64,000 nucleotides of DNA from Camelus ferus (taxonomy: Eukaryota), in NCBI RefSeq assembly GCF_009834535.1, contig NC_045697.1:88538001-88602000 (forward strand), in the 5' to 3' direction. The notes under the pieces were generated by a model. It saw only the letters and a program-made list of their open reading frames with translations. It had not been told where the DNA came from and ran no database searches. Numbering within the stretch: position 1 is the first letter of the stretch; every line of letters starts with the position of its first letter. Positions 51,396-64,000 of this stretch are shown here, in pieces. The position numbers and the translations under genes are program-made.

Positions 51396-52099
51396 AGACA
51401 CTGCTTTATTTCATAGTATTCTTGGTGTATCTTTTGGAATGAAACAACAGCTTACTACCCCAGTAAAATATCTGAAATATCTCAGGCACATAGTCAGCTT
51501 TGTTTGAGAAAACTTTTTCTGATCTTGTCAGTGTTCCATTTGAGGTACTGGCATAGCTACAGTGTAGGATAGAGAACCCACCAATATTTTAAACTGCTAA
51601 ACTTTTAAATGACTTTCTATTTTATTTTTGTTTCCAACTTTGTTTCAATGGAACTTAAACTTATCTGCATAGTCCTCGTACAGATAGGCTTTTCATGAAG
51701 AGAGAGATTGAGGCTTATTACATTTCTTACTCACAGGTCTTGAACCTATCACTTGGTTTCCTTTCTTTGTGAAGTAGCATGAATGGACTGGAGAGAGACA
51801 GTGTCAGACATAACTGGGATTAATGCCACCTTCATCATTTTAAAAAGATGTGGCTCTATTATAAAAGCCTTGAGAAATATGTCTATTCAAAAGCATGTGC
51901 CTGCCTTCCTAGTTTAGCCACTGTTCCTAAGGGATTGGATTCAAATTTTAATATTTAATGTATCCTCTTTCTCTCTGTATCAAGCAGGTTTACTTTTCCT
52001 CTGCACAAGTTCACTGAGATCAAACAGAGCAGTCCCAAATATTGCTCCATAAACAAGAAGATATTTATTCTCTAATGAAAAGAAAACTTACTTCGATAA

Positions 52100-52640
52100 T
52101 GTTAATATGTGCATCAAGCAATGGAGAAAGAAAAATTGGAGGCTAATGAAAATATAGTCCAAGGTCATCATGATGATGAGAACCAGGTTTTACTTTGATC
52201 ACTTTTATTTTTTCTGTAGTGTTGGAAGACAGTCTTCCATGGGTAGCTTGGTCTTCTATTGTTGCTTAATGTCCCCAAAGCACAGAGCCCCGAGTCATTT
52301 TTCAGGATTGTCTTTTCAGAGAGCAACCTTGAGGGATGAGTTATATATCCCACTGGAACAAAGAGAAACATTCCTTACTGCCTGCTATAAAAGAACTATA
52401 TTCCCCAATCTCAGTGTTCTTCTATAATACAGCCCCCATTGTTAAATGTGTCATCTGTCCCCTCGTCACCCTCAGCAGACTTGGGAACAAGAGGAACGGA
52501 AGCAGATACGCTGATGCTCATGCCACTTGCTGTGCTATGAGTAACACATTCCTTTGTCTCCGGCCTAGCATCCAAAAAACAATGACAGGCTAAATTTTTA
52601 GCTTGTAAGGATAAATTAAAATTAAATCTCAGAGGCAAAA
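52100..52640 (+). mobile_element. ERVL-class 5' LTR (LTR40-like)
   Basis: TATA-like ctataaaag; gctgtgctatgagtaaca; 3' part gacaggctaaatttttagcttgtaag...aaatctcaga resembles recalled ERVL LTR ends; followed by PBS-like caacgaggatgggat. Confidence 0.6.
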
Positions 52641-53769
52641 GTTTGCACAACGAGGATGGGATCCTGACTAAGATGACTTTCTGAAAGAGGAGGTACAAGG
52701 CCCCACAAACAAAGTTCAGAGTTAGGAGGAGACACCCTAAGATCTGACAGAGAATGCTTCCACCCAAGTGGTGGGAAAAGGAGAAGACGGTAGTCTTCCA
52801 ACTGCTAATGAGACTGAGCAGCGACAAGTAGAATTGAAGCAACAAGCTACCCAGATGGAATCCAGTGGTTGTTCGCTCTCCTCTGAGTAGGAGCAGGAAG
52901 AAATACTGCAACGGGGCAGCGAGCCCTATGGCCCCAGCAGGTAGACGAGGCAGCTAAGGATGGTAAGTCTCGGTCCTCAAAGCTGAGAAATTGTATCAGT
53001 GACAAGAAGCTCAGGTGAACCGAAGATACAGGGGTCTCTGTGGTTGGGTTGTGATCTGCTGTCACACCTCTCAGAACCAAAAGTAAATGAAAAGTGTCCT
53101 GCCTATGAGCATGGAGCTACTCCTTCACACAGTAGCCCCTGATCCCTCCTCTCTCCTTCTGCTTTGACCTCAGCTGTTTTTAGAAGAAAGATCATTATTA
53201 GGGTTGGGGCCAGGATCTTAGACCTCTCCTCTAAAGGGAGCAAAAGCTAATTGTATTTGTCTGAGTATGTTGGGGAGCTTCGGAGAGGGGCGGGCCTCAG
53301 CGTCTTATTTGATCCATGTGTCAAAATCACTTCCTACCCACTCTGTTAGGCAGAGGAGGAAACTGAATTCAACCAACAGAGTGAGGGAGAAAGTCACTGT
53401 GGGGCAGAGATGTTAAAATGACCTTGTGGATGGGTGCTTCCAGCTGACTCAATTCACTGCTGCAGGGGCTCTGACATCTGCATGGAATGTTGAATTCAAG
53501 TGTTACACGCGGCTACGTCCTGTCCCATCAGGGTTACAGAGAATTCTCCTTTTCAAAGACCGCCATGGGGGAACAATGATAGTGGGACAAATCAATAACA
53601 TCTCCTCTCCCGTTTAACCCTCCTCCCTCGCCCCTCCTAGCTGGTCAAGTAGAAACAAAACGAACTACGAGAAAGAGGAATGAAAATCACAGTTTCAGTT
53701 AAAGACTTAGTGGTTGCAAGAGTACTCAAAGAAGCTGCTTCCCAGAAGAACAGTGCCTGCCAAATGCCG

Positions 53770-54520
53770 GTTCCAATTCTACCCCTTTTTTCCTAAAAAG
53801 GCACATTTTAACCTGCTGCTAAGCTTTTGTTGAAGCTGTACCCATGACTCTTGGAGGCTTGTACCTCTAGACTGACATCCTTATTTGGGGGTGCATCAAC
53901 TTGAACTCAGTGACTAACAAAATGGAAAGTACTCAGTGGGCTTTACTGGTTAAACAGGCACAATATATTCAAGAGTGAAACTGGCCTGACCCTTTGCTGA
54001 GTACATGTGGCTACTCCTTTAAGGAAACTTTATCCCCTCCTCGATTGTCTAAAGAAATGCCACTGGTTCAATAAGGACCTTATGCACAGAATTTCTCCTA
54101 GATGCCTGAGTGTTGTCCACCGATAATTCATTCATCAGTGAAAGCTAATAGTGTGCATCGGATAGGAGCTGCAACCTCACCGCGTGACAGCCCTGAAGAC
54201 CAACTGCGGTAAGACTGGTCAGCACAATGGGTTGAACTGAAAGCTGTGACCCTTGCTTTAGACAGTACTCCAGTGGATCACGTTATATTTTTATATGCTG
54301 TTATACATAATGTGCATACATATAACAGGCATATTTTTACCAACTCTGAAGCTGCTGCCAATGGCCTAGCCATCTGTTGTACTACTTGGAAGACTACAAA
54401 ATGGCAGATTAAAGATGATCTTCTTTATGGCTGCAAAATGTAGGAGGCAACTTTGGTTGCTCATCTGACAGTCTGGGCTGTACATGTGGATGCTTACAGT
54501 GATGGCCTGTTCTTTGATGA
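53770..54520 (+). mobile_element. pol: Decayed ERV-L pol (RT connection and RNase H) remnant
   Basis: Translations HILTCC*AFVEAVPMT, KMESTQWALLVKQAQYIQE, SAQWVELKAV (54219), IFTNSEAAANGLAICCTTWKTTKWQIKD and VHVDAY match class III ERV motifs (QLLACYWALVETE, SAQWAELxAV, TDSWAVANGLAxW, HVxAH); stops and frameshifts are present. Confidence 0.88.
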
Positions 54521-54699
54521 GACTGAATGGAATCAGTTCTCAATCGAGCCTGCATTCCTCACACTGGTGCCACTGTTACCTAGATGCCTCGTCCCCTAAG
54601 GCATGGCTATTTCCACCATCAGAAACTGGACACAATGTAAAAGGTCAAATGTTTCTGAATCCAAAGCTAACTGTAGTAAAGACTCCATTTTTGGATGTC

Positions 54700-55500
54700 C
54701 AGTGACAGCTTTTGAGGGTCATCCTTCATTCTTCCATCTCTGCCCTACATCTGGTCAATCTGAAGAGAAAGCATGCGTGACCCCTCCTTTGATTCTGGCA
54801 GGAAGTTCACACCACCCACAGGAACCCCTATCCTGGCCTCACCACCCAACCATCCCAAAACTCCCAAGCCAGTCTCCTTCCCTGCTCTCTCAAGCCACTT
54901 TAGGACCTGCTTGAGAGTCACCTTGCTCTCCCTCGAAAGCCTTGTCATATGAGTAATAAAACTTCTCATACCATCTTGGCGTCATTAGGGCAAACATCCA
55001 AAGAAAACTGGTGGGCAGGGAGATCTACTTCTGTCTCTGCAGCCTCTTCAGAACAGCTGGAGAGGAGAGCAGGTGGGCGTCCAGACAAGACCGCCACCTC
55101 TCAGTGTCTCCCTTCTCCTTCCTGGGCTTGCTCACAGCTGGTGAGCGTGCTCTTTGAGCTGTGCTGCTGCTGGCTGACAAGCTTGCACTTGAATTTGGGC
55201 TGTTTTATGCTGCACTTACTGAATTCTACTGAGCCTCTGTTACAGCTGTAACTGATCCAAGTCGGAAGTCTGGGTAATTGGAATTTGGGAACAGGAATAT
55301 GAGCTTGGGGTCCCCCTTTAAATAGCTCTGGGTTGTGGTGTCTCGGCACAGACCTATCCGTGTGTATCAGTTGGACTGGGTATCTCGACTCCAGCATAAA
55401 CTGTGCCTGGGAATGCCTGTGCTCAGGGGAATGACTCTTCCTCTGTAACCACTGGTTGTATGTCTCAGCCAGGCACTGGTCCTAGTTGTAGGGAGCTCAA
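54700..55500 (+). mobile_element. MER21/MER77-group ERVL LTR fragment plus probable internal sequence
   Basis: ccaaaactcccaagccagtctccttccctgctctctcaagccactttaggacctgcttgagag...gagtaataaaacttctcatacc with AATAAA at ~54955. Confidence 0.6.
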
Positions 55501-56040
55501 GCGAAAGACTGATCTCCTGTGTAACATGGCCCCACCCGTGGTTGCTGATGTGGAAGACGAATAGCAACCATGTGACACCCTGAAGACTTCCGCCTAAAAG
55601 CAGATGACTCACTGAGACCTCACAAAATACCTTTTCTGTAGCTGCTGTCTGTGCGTCTGTCACCAGAAAAGAGCCTGGTCCTTAAGGTTATAGGGATTGT
55701 CCTAGCACCCCTGTGGCATGTCACAGGGTTGATTCAAACATTGCCTTCTGAAGGTATCTACTCCTAACAATTTTGAGCCAAGGTTCTGTGGAGAAAGGAA
55801 CTTCTAAATATGAGCACGGGAGAGAGGATTTCTCCAAAATGCATCCAGTGCCAACAACAACAACAACAAAAACCAAGAGGAATGAAGACAAAGGAAGAAA
55901 GGAAGGAAAGAAGAAACCTAGACACAGATGGAAAAACAATAAAAACAAATTGAAACAGAGGTCCACAAAACTTGGCCCCAGTGGAAATCCAAAATTTACT
56001 AAAAGAATTTATACAGTAAAAATGAAGACACTGGCTGCCT

Positions 56041-56064
56041 TTTTTTTTTTTTTTTTTTTTTTTT
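56041..56064. repeat. Poly(T) tract
   Basis: About 24 consecutive T. Confidence 0.9.
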
Positions 56065-59000
56065 GCCTCTAACATATATTCTGAATTAACTGTCACACCT
56101 ACTTGCTGGTGTTATCTGGAGCCTTCTTGCCATACCTGCACACCCTTCTGCCACTGCTGGATTTGGGGACGAGGAGAACTGAGACACATATGTTCATGCT
56201 CATACTGCCTGTTGTGCCTTAACCAGTAACGTTTTGTGTCTGCCCTGGGAGTTGTGTATCTTCTGGCAGCACCCATGGAACAGTAACAGACCAACACATT
56301 AACATATAAGTATAAGGTAAAACCAAATCCTGGACTCAACAGGTGATACTAGACACATTCTGAAGCCAGTTCTTTTCAACTCAGCTACCAGTTGGTGTAC
56401 ATATTAGATACAATTTCTACTCCAGTCACTAGCATGCAAGAAAGGACTGGGGTTATCAGCTGTCTGCCAGTCTTTGGGTAAGAGTGTAAGAAAGCATTCT
56501 GAGCTGGAATCTGTCGCTGAATTACAACTGCTAGGAGCAGACCTGGGTGGTTAACAGCAGTTAGAATTAATAACATCCAATGAATTCAAAGCAGAGGGAT
56601 ATAATACTCACCCATGTTTTCTCTTGGTACAGTAGGTCCAAAAATCTCTCCTTGGGCTGGAAATCAGATTTGTTTTCCTGGTTACAAAGACTGGCTTACT
56701 CAGACAATTGGATAGGTGACCATCTTGACTCAGACTTCAGGGAAAAAAGTCAAATTTTGTATACACACAGATATTTGCCAAACTTTGACACTAGTCTTAC
56801 AAGCTATTAAGGAAACTTTTAAAACAATACTTAACTTTCCTTTAAAATGGGGTCAAAATATCAATTCCAATAAAATTAAGTCATTATTTGAATATTTACT
56901 ATAAACTGAGAACTATATTGCTACATGTATTTTTTTTTCTTGTATTCCATTAAAAGAATCTTATAAAATACAGACTGGTGTGTCCAAATCCCAGAAGATG
57001 AGATTGGGGTTAGCAAGTTTATGCAATGTGGTGATAGTTCAGAGGTAATACGTAGTAGAACTTGTATTTGAAGTAAAACATTCCTGATATTAAACCTCTT
57101 TATTTAAGCAGACACTATTTAAAATTGGTTTATTTGAAATTAAATTATACAAGGCTTGTAAATGGCTTCAAAATGAAAAAGAGTAGGACAAGAAATTCTT
57201 AGCAGCCTCTTACTTCTTCCTCAAACTCTCAACTGTGTACAGGAGAAAGTGAAGAGGAGGTGGGGGGGGAGACCAAGTGTGGAAGAAAGGGATTAAACTC
57301 TAAGAAATATGACTTCTACTGCTTGAATGATAAGACAGTATGATTCCCTTAATCAATCGCTGATTTCACTTATAGTTTCCCTTTACTGCATTTCATAAAA
57401 TAGGCAGTTTTAAAATTTATCGTCAGAACACGTCTTAAGAATGGAGAGTAATACATACTTTTATAGCCTTGAAGATGTCCTCCGGGTGTGAAAATATAAA
57501 ATTACCAGATTTTATTTTTTATCTAGATAAATTTTTATTTTAGAATGAAAAAAAAACATGTTACAGATAAGACATCAAAAAGGACACAGGAGCCAACCTG
57601 TGGGCATGGAAGCAAAACTTCAGAATAGAGTACAGGTATATTTGTGAGAGAAGCCACTCTCACTTCCACCCTTTGATTTCTTGATATAAATGTTTACCCA
57701 CTTCAAAGAGGCAGAAGACTTCCATGACAGGTGACTGCAGCTTAAGGAATCCCCAGTGGTTAGATTTGAATTCAAGAACATGGTGCCCATGTTCTTAACT
57801 ATTAATGTGCTTCTCTGTGGGTTATAACACTTTTTGGGGGTGGCTAAATGAGTAGAGACAGAATTAATTGCCTTGCCAACCACATCAACTGTTGTTAAGT
57901 ACTAGAACTTCATGTTTGGGATGGTGTGCATTAGGTTTGTCATCAAATATTCCTAGAACTTTAATTTGCTCTAGATCCAGTAAAGATTTAATGAAGAACA
58001 AATTTGTGTTTAGTGGTAAGAAAAACACAGTGTACTATAAATGACTATTAAAAGCTTTTACATGCAAAAAAAAAAAATCTAAAATTGGCAGATGAATATT
58101 TTTTCTACAAGAAGACTCTTTGGTTTTTTAAAGTAAGAAGTGCCATTTCTCATGCCATAGTTTAGTGTTTTTCTCTAATATGTTAGGTTTAGAGAAAGAA
58201 GCTCAACAAAATATCTAAACTTTTAACAAGTATCCAGACTGGAAACCTAGAGATTACTTTTAATAGTTCATTAATAAGAACTTTGATTCTTCACACTATC
58301 ATAAAAATTGTTTTTCTATCTATAGTAACAATAAAAAATGTATTTTTCCCATCTGGAAAATTGAGATTATAATATCAACTTTACAGTCTGTTGAGAGGAT
58401 TAGGGAATACAGATGTGCATGGAAACGTTCTCCAAGATGAATTTGAAGAAAGAGTAGGAGTGGGACAGATGAAGTGGCCAGTGGACCTTCATACGTAAAG
58501 CTCGGATATAAGAAAGATCATGATGCTCTTAAAAAATAAATTGATGAACCAATGCTGATTTATAAGGGATTGGGTGCTCTTCTTTTCAGTGACCTGAAGG
58601 ATGATCTAGCTATTCAGGGTCTTCCTCTCTCTCAGGATGCTGGAGATATATTATTTCATTCAGTTCCTAAATGCTATATGAATTTTAGCTGCAGTAAAAA
58701 TGTATTTCTGCTGCTTAGGAGTCTCCACCTATTCAGTAAATAATATTCTTCATATAAGATTGTGATACTTTCCCCATAAAGATATTTTACATCGCAGCTT
58801 CCTCAAAGGGAAAGACCAGGGAATGTGGTTTTAACCCCCTTCTCACCATTTTCACACTGGCTGACAGTCGGCAAGTATGGTCCTTTCACCAAGACAATGG
58901 GAATTATTAATACCTACCCCAGAGATTGGTTACGTTGAATTAGATAATGTATAAACAAATTGTCAGGTAGAAAACTCCTATATAACTCCCCCAACCTTCT

Positions 59001-59934
59001 TACAAAGGAAATACAAAACTGAGCTCCTCTACCCACTGTTAGTACACACAATGTCTGGAATATATTATTCCTGATTTTGTGTTTATGATTTATATTATCA
59101 TGATTTGTTTTGTATGGCTTCCTGGAAGCAGAGTTAGACCAAAACAGCATGTAGCCACTGTGCTACAATTTATGGTGCAGAACAACTCAAACACATGTAG
59201 AGAACGTTCTGAGATGAGAAAAGGGACGCCCTTTGCGCATTACAAATCTTACGCACAAGAGGATGGGAAAGACAGACTCATTATAAAATGCTGAGTTAAA
59301 AGAACAAAACGATGAACAAAAGGTCTCCCTAGCACATCAGTGGAAAGAGTAACAGCTTATATGTAGTCTGTAAATAGCCGCAGTGACAGGAGACGGCAAA
59401 TAACGTCAGATCATTTTAGTACGACAAATTGACATTTCCTTATCACACACTAACCGTAAAAAGCAATCATCTCTGAACTAGAAACTAAGAATTGCTGCCA
59501 AAGAAATTTGGCCCTGCAGCTGTGATGGCCAAGGTGGAGTAGATGCAGTGGTATAAACATAAATCCATTTAAAAAAAAAAAAGAAACCTTAAAAGCGTCT
59601 AGAATGCCTTTGACATAGGAACAGGTCACGGTGTTCCGTAGATGCACACATCAGTAATCTAACCTTTGCTTTATTAGGAAATACACAGAGTATGAACCGA
59701 TAGGTGAAACTATGTTCTTAAAACAAACCCCAAGTAAATCAAGAAAACCCTCTCACCTCCCTTTTTTCTGGTAAATGGCTTGAGGGTTCTGACATCCTGT
59801 ACTAAATTCTCCTAAGACATTTCTCTATTATCAGACCCTCTTATTAACTAGAAAGGTTTAGTTTTAAATAGTAAACAAGATATAAAACAATCTTCCTTCC
59901 AAATTTTATCCTTTCCCCTCGTCACCAAAGGTGA

Positions 59935-60305
59935 CAATGAAAAGTCTGTTTCTGGACCATTGATTCTCTCATTTTATCTACATACCTATTTTAATGCCAA
60001 TGACATTTACTTGATTACTGATTGATTTATAACAAACCTTGATAAATCTTGATTATTTATAATAAATCCCCCACATTGTTCTTTTTTTTTTTAAACTGAT
60101 TTTGCTACTCTAGATCCTTTGCATTTTCAAATAAATTTTACATTCATCTTACTAATTCCTACACAAAACCAGGTGGGATAGTAATTGGAATTACATCGCA
60201 AAATAAATAGAACAAATTGGAAAGGATCCATATAGTAATATCATTGTAATTTCCAGTCTGTGAAAATAGTTTATTTCTTCATATATTTAGCTATTCTCCA
60301 TCTGT
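59935..60305 (-). mobile_element. Ancient L1 ORF2 fragment, abutting or interrupted by the retrocopy
   Basis: ttttgctactctagatcctttgcattttcaaataaattttac...gtgggatagtaattggaattacat are antisense L1 ORF2 motifs. Confidence 0.7.
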
Positions 60306-60307
60306 TC

Positions 60308-61700
60308 TTTTTTTAAATTTATCAAGTTAATTTTTTTATTATGGATATTGCTATAGCAGAATGTAAAAATTAAATGATAAAAGCTTCTTCTAAGAGTACA
60401 ATTTAACTTCATATTTAAAATGTTCATCTGTTTTTTTAAAAAACTATACATACTCAGGATAAAAAGAGGCTCTTTGATTTAAACTTATGACTTCAGAATT
60501 AAACTCTAGAAATAAATGCTATGGCCATCTAAAAGTTTATATTGAAAAACTGCATACATTTTCAAATTATAATGAAATATTTGTACACAGAATAACTATA
60601 TATATATTTCACTTATATTGCTGATATATAATAATTACCCAAACTGTCTTGAGAAATGAGGCTTAATATAGATTCAAACTAAGTAGATCAGTCTTGATTA
60701 CAACATTTCTTTCACAACTAATAAGAGATAATCCAAACATTTGCTGAATATAAAAAATGTCCCACGCTTCGTGGTGTGTTCTAGAAATTCCAATATGTTT
60801 TAGATGAGAGATGTTGACCATGAAGGAGTTCACAGCTGTGCTCAGGTGTAAAGTTGGAGGAACTCTGGTCCAAAGGAGGGGATTGCCCTCCCTCCACTGG
60901 CCTCAGTGCAGCTCAGGTGGAGAGCTGACTCAGTGAGTGAGTGCAGCCTGGCAGCTTGGGAGGCCTGAGTGGAGGAGAGGAAACAGCACGGCTTCAACAC
61001 AAGGGCCCACTCCTGGGAAAGGGACCAGCAGGACTTGGTGCTTGGCTGGTGTGTAAAAGCCCCTTGTGATGTGTTGATTCTCATGACCTCTTCCAGGAAC
61101 CTGAGCACTTTTAGCACCTCCGCCATCTCTTCTCGTACAGACTGGAGGGATCTCTCTTTCTTCAGTTCTTGGACCAGAAAATTGAACTTTCTGTAAGTGT
61201 CAGCAAGGCTGGGTGTACCTACTGGCTCCTTCTCTAGCCTGGCATTCTTTAAAGTTGTCTCCATCTTGGCAAACTCCTTTTTAGCCACACAGATGAGGTG
61301 GCATTTCTCCTCAGTCTGTGCAGCCAGTGTTTTTGCCAGTTGCTTTTCATGTCTTCCATTAAGTTGACTTCAACAGACTGAATAAGTCTGAAAGTAAGAC
61401 ACACACCAATAAGCTGAGAACAGGCAGACTCAACACTGTCTCCCAGTGGAGGCTGTGGAACATGAGCTGAGAACACAGGACACTGGGCAGCAGCAAAACC
61501 AGGACTGCAACTCAGCTTCCTAAGGATCAGCCCAAAGCCAAGCTCCACAGAGGACAGCAGCCCCTCCATGGCACTGATCCACCACAGGGCTCTGCCCAGT
61601 TACCGTGGACCCACCAGCCACAACAAGCCCCAGAGGACACCCCAACAGTCTACCTGGAGCCCAACCAGCAGCTGACATCCTGGATTAGTCAGTTATCTGG
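60308..61700 (-). pseudogene. CTAGE-like: Processed pseudogene of a cTAGE5/MIA2 (CTAGE family)-like gene
   Basis: ATG at 61569. Joining frames gives MEGLLSSVELGFGLILRKL / VLVLLLPSVLCSQLMFHSLHWETVLSLPVLSLLVCVLL / RLIQSV / SQLNGRHEKQLAKTLAAQTEEKCHLICVAKKEFAKMETTLKNARLEKE...FLVQELKKERSLQSVREEMAEVLKVLRFLEEVMRINTSQ. This is collinear with the recalled cTAGE5 N-terminus (GLVLEEL, FPWELV, RSVRSRLYVGREKKLA...IEEKSKLL, SSLKDASFEKE, ELKEEKS...MADISK). It is intronless with about 3 frameshifts; AATAAA at 60340-60335 and an A-tract at 60314-60308 on the minus strand. Confidence 0.85.
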
Positions 61701-63849
61701 TCAGTGTCGGTGGGGAGGAGGAAGGGGTTGTCAGAGGAGAGGGTTGTAAATAAAATGTCATTTTCTCCATTATTGTCTAATGGTAATTTTTTCTTACTTC
61801 TTTCTTTTTGTGTTTATATCTGCATACAATAAAAATATAGTGAAATGTGTCAGTGTAAAGTTTATGACTTCACAAATCTTTCAAATTCCTAACCCTCGAC
61901 AGTATCGGAAAAGTCAGTGTATGAACCATATGTTTGAATCACATCCATTAACACATCTGTCCTTTAATTTAAAACCTGAGATAATGTGTCTGATTCAACT
62001 CAGTTTTGATTTAAAATGCATGTCTTTTTCTTTTTCTTTTTTTTTTCCTTTTTTTTTTTTTTTTTCCTGTCAATGCAGGGTCAGGGTACCTAAAGTTGGC
62101 TTTGTACTTATCCAGGGCTGAGGGTAAGAACCTATTTTATCAGGGTATTGTGTTTAGGACATGAGATTGTGTTGATGATAACTGTATATACATTGTTCAC
62201 ATATAACACACAGAAGGATAGAGTTTGTTAGTATAATTAGGAATCCTTAATTATCAAAATGTGTACTTATTTTGTAAGCACATTTAAGGGAATATTTCTG
62301 TACAAACTCACTAGATTTCACTTGACACATGGCAATTTGATCCTTAGGAAACCATATATGGCAAATTTAGTCACTGCAAAAGATGGTACTGTTTAGGAAA
62401 TAACACATACACACACACATACATAACACAGAAGATAACACCAAAAAAGGCAACTCTTAAAATTGGACAGAACAAAACTAGCAACATTTATATCTATGCC
62501 CTTTAAATAAAAGCTGGACAAACTTTCAACACAAAGAATTCATTTGGAAAACATTACCCTATATTTTATTGGGCATATAAACTTTGGGATCAGTTAAGTA
62601 CAAGTTCATTACTGGATTTTAAAAACCAGATAGTTAAAAAGGCAGAAAGCTTCACTTCATTCTTTATCATATGGTGTCTTTTCTACATTTGTTCAGAACT
62701 CAAATGCTTAAATCATGACTGAACATGAAGAAAATAAATGTTATATGTTTTTCATAGAGAAATACAATTACTCCTAGTTGGTCATTAGTAAGTAAAATAT
62801 GAAGGATATTCTAACACCCTCTATTAGGCTTTCTCTCCTAATCTTAAAACAGAGCATACGGATGTACTGTTCTAGACTAGATTTGGGGGACTTCTATCTA
62901 TTTGGGGACTCATAGGCCTTAATGCTTCAATATTCCCAATACAGATGCGTAGATGAATAGAAGAAAAGGCTGTATCAACTGAATGGAAGAAAACTTTCCC
63001 CAAACTAAATTGAGGGACCAAGGCAAACTGGGAGACGTGTGCTGAGATTGTTGTACGGTTGCTGGCAACTTTTAGGGACCCCAAGTCCTTCGCAAATCTA
63101 ACACATTTCATATTATGTAGACTCTGTTGTACTGTTGCTCAAGAATTGGAGGGGCGTGACAATTTCTCAGAAAAATTCTGGCTTTGTCTGTCTGTGCCAT
63201 AGTGGTCTATTTCCATTAGAGAAGAATTGATGTTTCCATCTGGGCAAGAAGAGTGGTCATGCTTTAGAACTTTAATAATTAATTGTTACATTTATCTCTC
63301 GTCATTAGACTTCGAAAATCATATGAATCTGCTATCATTAAATAGTGTAAAATATCATAATATCAGACTACTTTAGAAAGATGAACACCAGGATATTTAA
63401 AGAAGATTATTTAAGTACATGTTTGGTGCAAAAAGGAGAGAGGAGGGTGTGCTAAACTGTTTAGCTAGCACGGAGCTCACATTCAATGGAAGGACTTCAG
63501 ATTTAGACTTTTATCTTTTCTCCAACTGAAGTTATACATTAAATCAGAAAAGGTTTTTTTTTTTTTTGGTGAAATGTTAGTTTTTAACATAAAAATTTAG
63601 ATATTTTAAAATCTTACTTTCAAATTTCTTTTTAAATTTTTAATACATAAGTTTAAAAAATGTCCCAAGTCTCTCTTGACACACAACTAAACTTGGTTAG
63701 ACACCTAGAAGTTGAAATTAATTAGTTGAATTCCTTAGACAATACATTTCACGAATTTTAATTCTGTAATCTTTCATGGCACATCACTGCAGTAACACAT
63801 TCTGCTCTGTATTTGCTGTAAGAGTAGTCAAGTGGTTGTCTAGTGTGTA

Positions 63850-64000
63850 TTCAGAATGTGGGCTCCTGAGTTAGGTAGAGAATTGTTATGGTATATATTG
63901 TCCAAATTACATATCTTTTCTAAGTTTGGTTTCTTCATTTTTAAAGTGGGAATTTAATTGTTGACATGAGGATTAAACAAAATACTGTAGCACCATACAC
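63850..64000 (+). mobile_element. MIR SINE fragment
   Basis: tggtttcttcatttttaaagtgggaat...atgaggattaaacaaaatactgta. Confidence 0.55.

Noticed and set aside
52411..52911. 166-aa minus-strand ORF
   Set aside because: Antisense to the ERV-L LTR/leader; no recognisable homology.
60842..61288. 148-aa ORF as a functional gene, or as a keratin-like coiled coil (TYRK motif)
   Set aside because: The ORF starts at a non-ATG codon and is the distal frame of the frameshifted CTAGE-like retrocopy; the keratin resemblance is far weaker than the collinear cTAGE5 match.
62872..63111. 79-aa ORF in unique, moderately GC-rich sequence
   Set aside because: No recognisable homology or convincing splice sites; it may be non-coding conserved DNA but I cannot support that.
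1..64000. CRISPR arrays, prokaryotic operons or defence systems, tRNA/rRNA genes
   Set aside because: The sequence is mammalian non-coding DNA; I saw no regularly spaced repeats, dense ORFs or structured RNA genes.

Overview
This is AT-rich, CpG-depleted mammalian intronic or intergenic DNA. No intact protein-coding gene, RNA gene or CRISPR array is recognisable. The L1 3' ends look cetartiodactyl-type and I saw no ruminant, cetacean or pig SINEs, so a camelid origin is plausible (inference only). Most of the window is interspersed repeats: four relatively young 5'-truncated L1 copies with visible target-site duplications (TSDs), older L1M/L2/MIR/MER fragments, three ERV1-type solo LTRs, and a decayed ERV-L provirus with readable pol/RNase H motifs (~52.1-55.5 kb). 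A frameshifted, intronless cTAGE5/MIA2-family retrocopy lies on the minus strand (~60.3-61.7 kb). The most unusual structures are two independent short inverted duplications (85 and 96 bp) whose arms are each ~1.2 kb apart. One is inserted into an L1 3' UTR and the other is fused to a copy of a neighbouring LTR segment; both look like locally templated insertions. There is also a cluster of five same-strand forkhead motifs at 15.6-16.8 kb. Repeat family names and protein homologies come from recalled consensus sequences, not database searches. Repeat boundaries are approximate unless a TSD is given.
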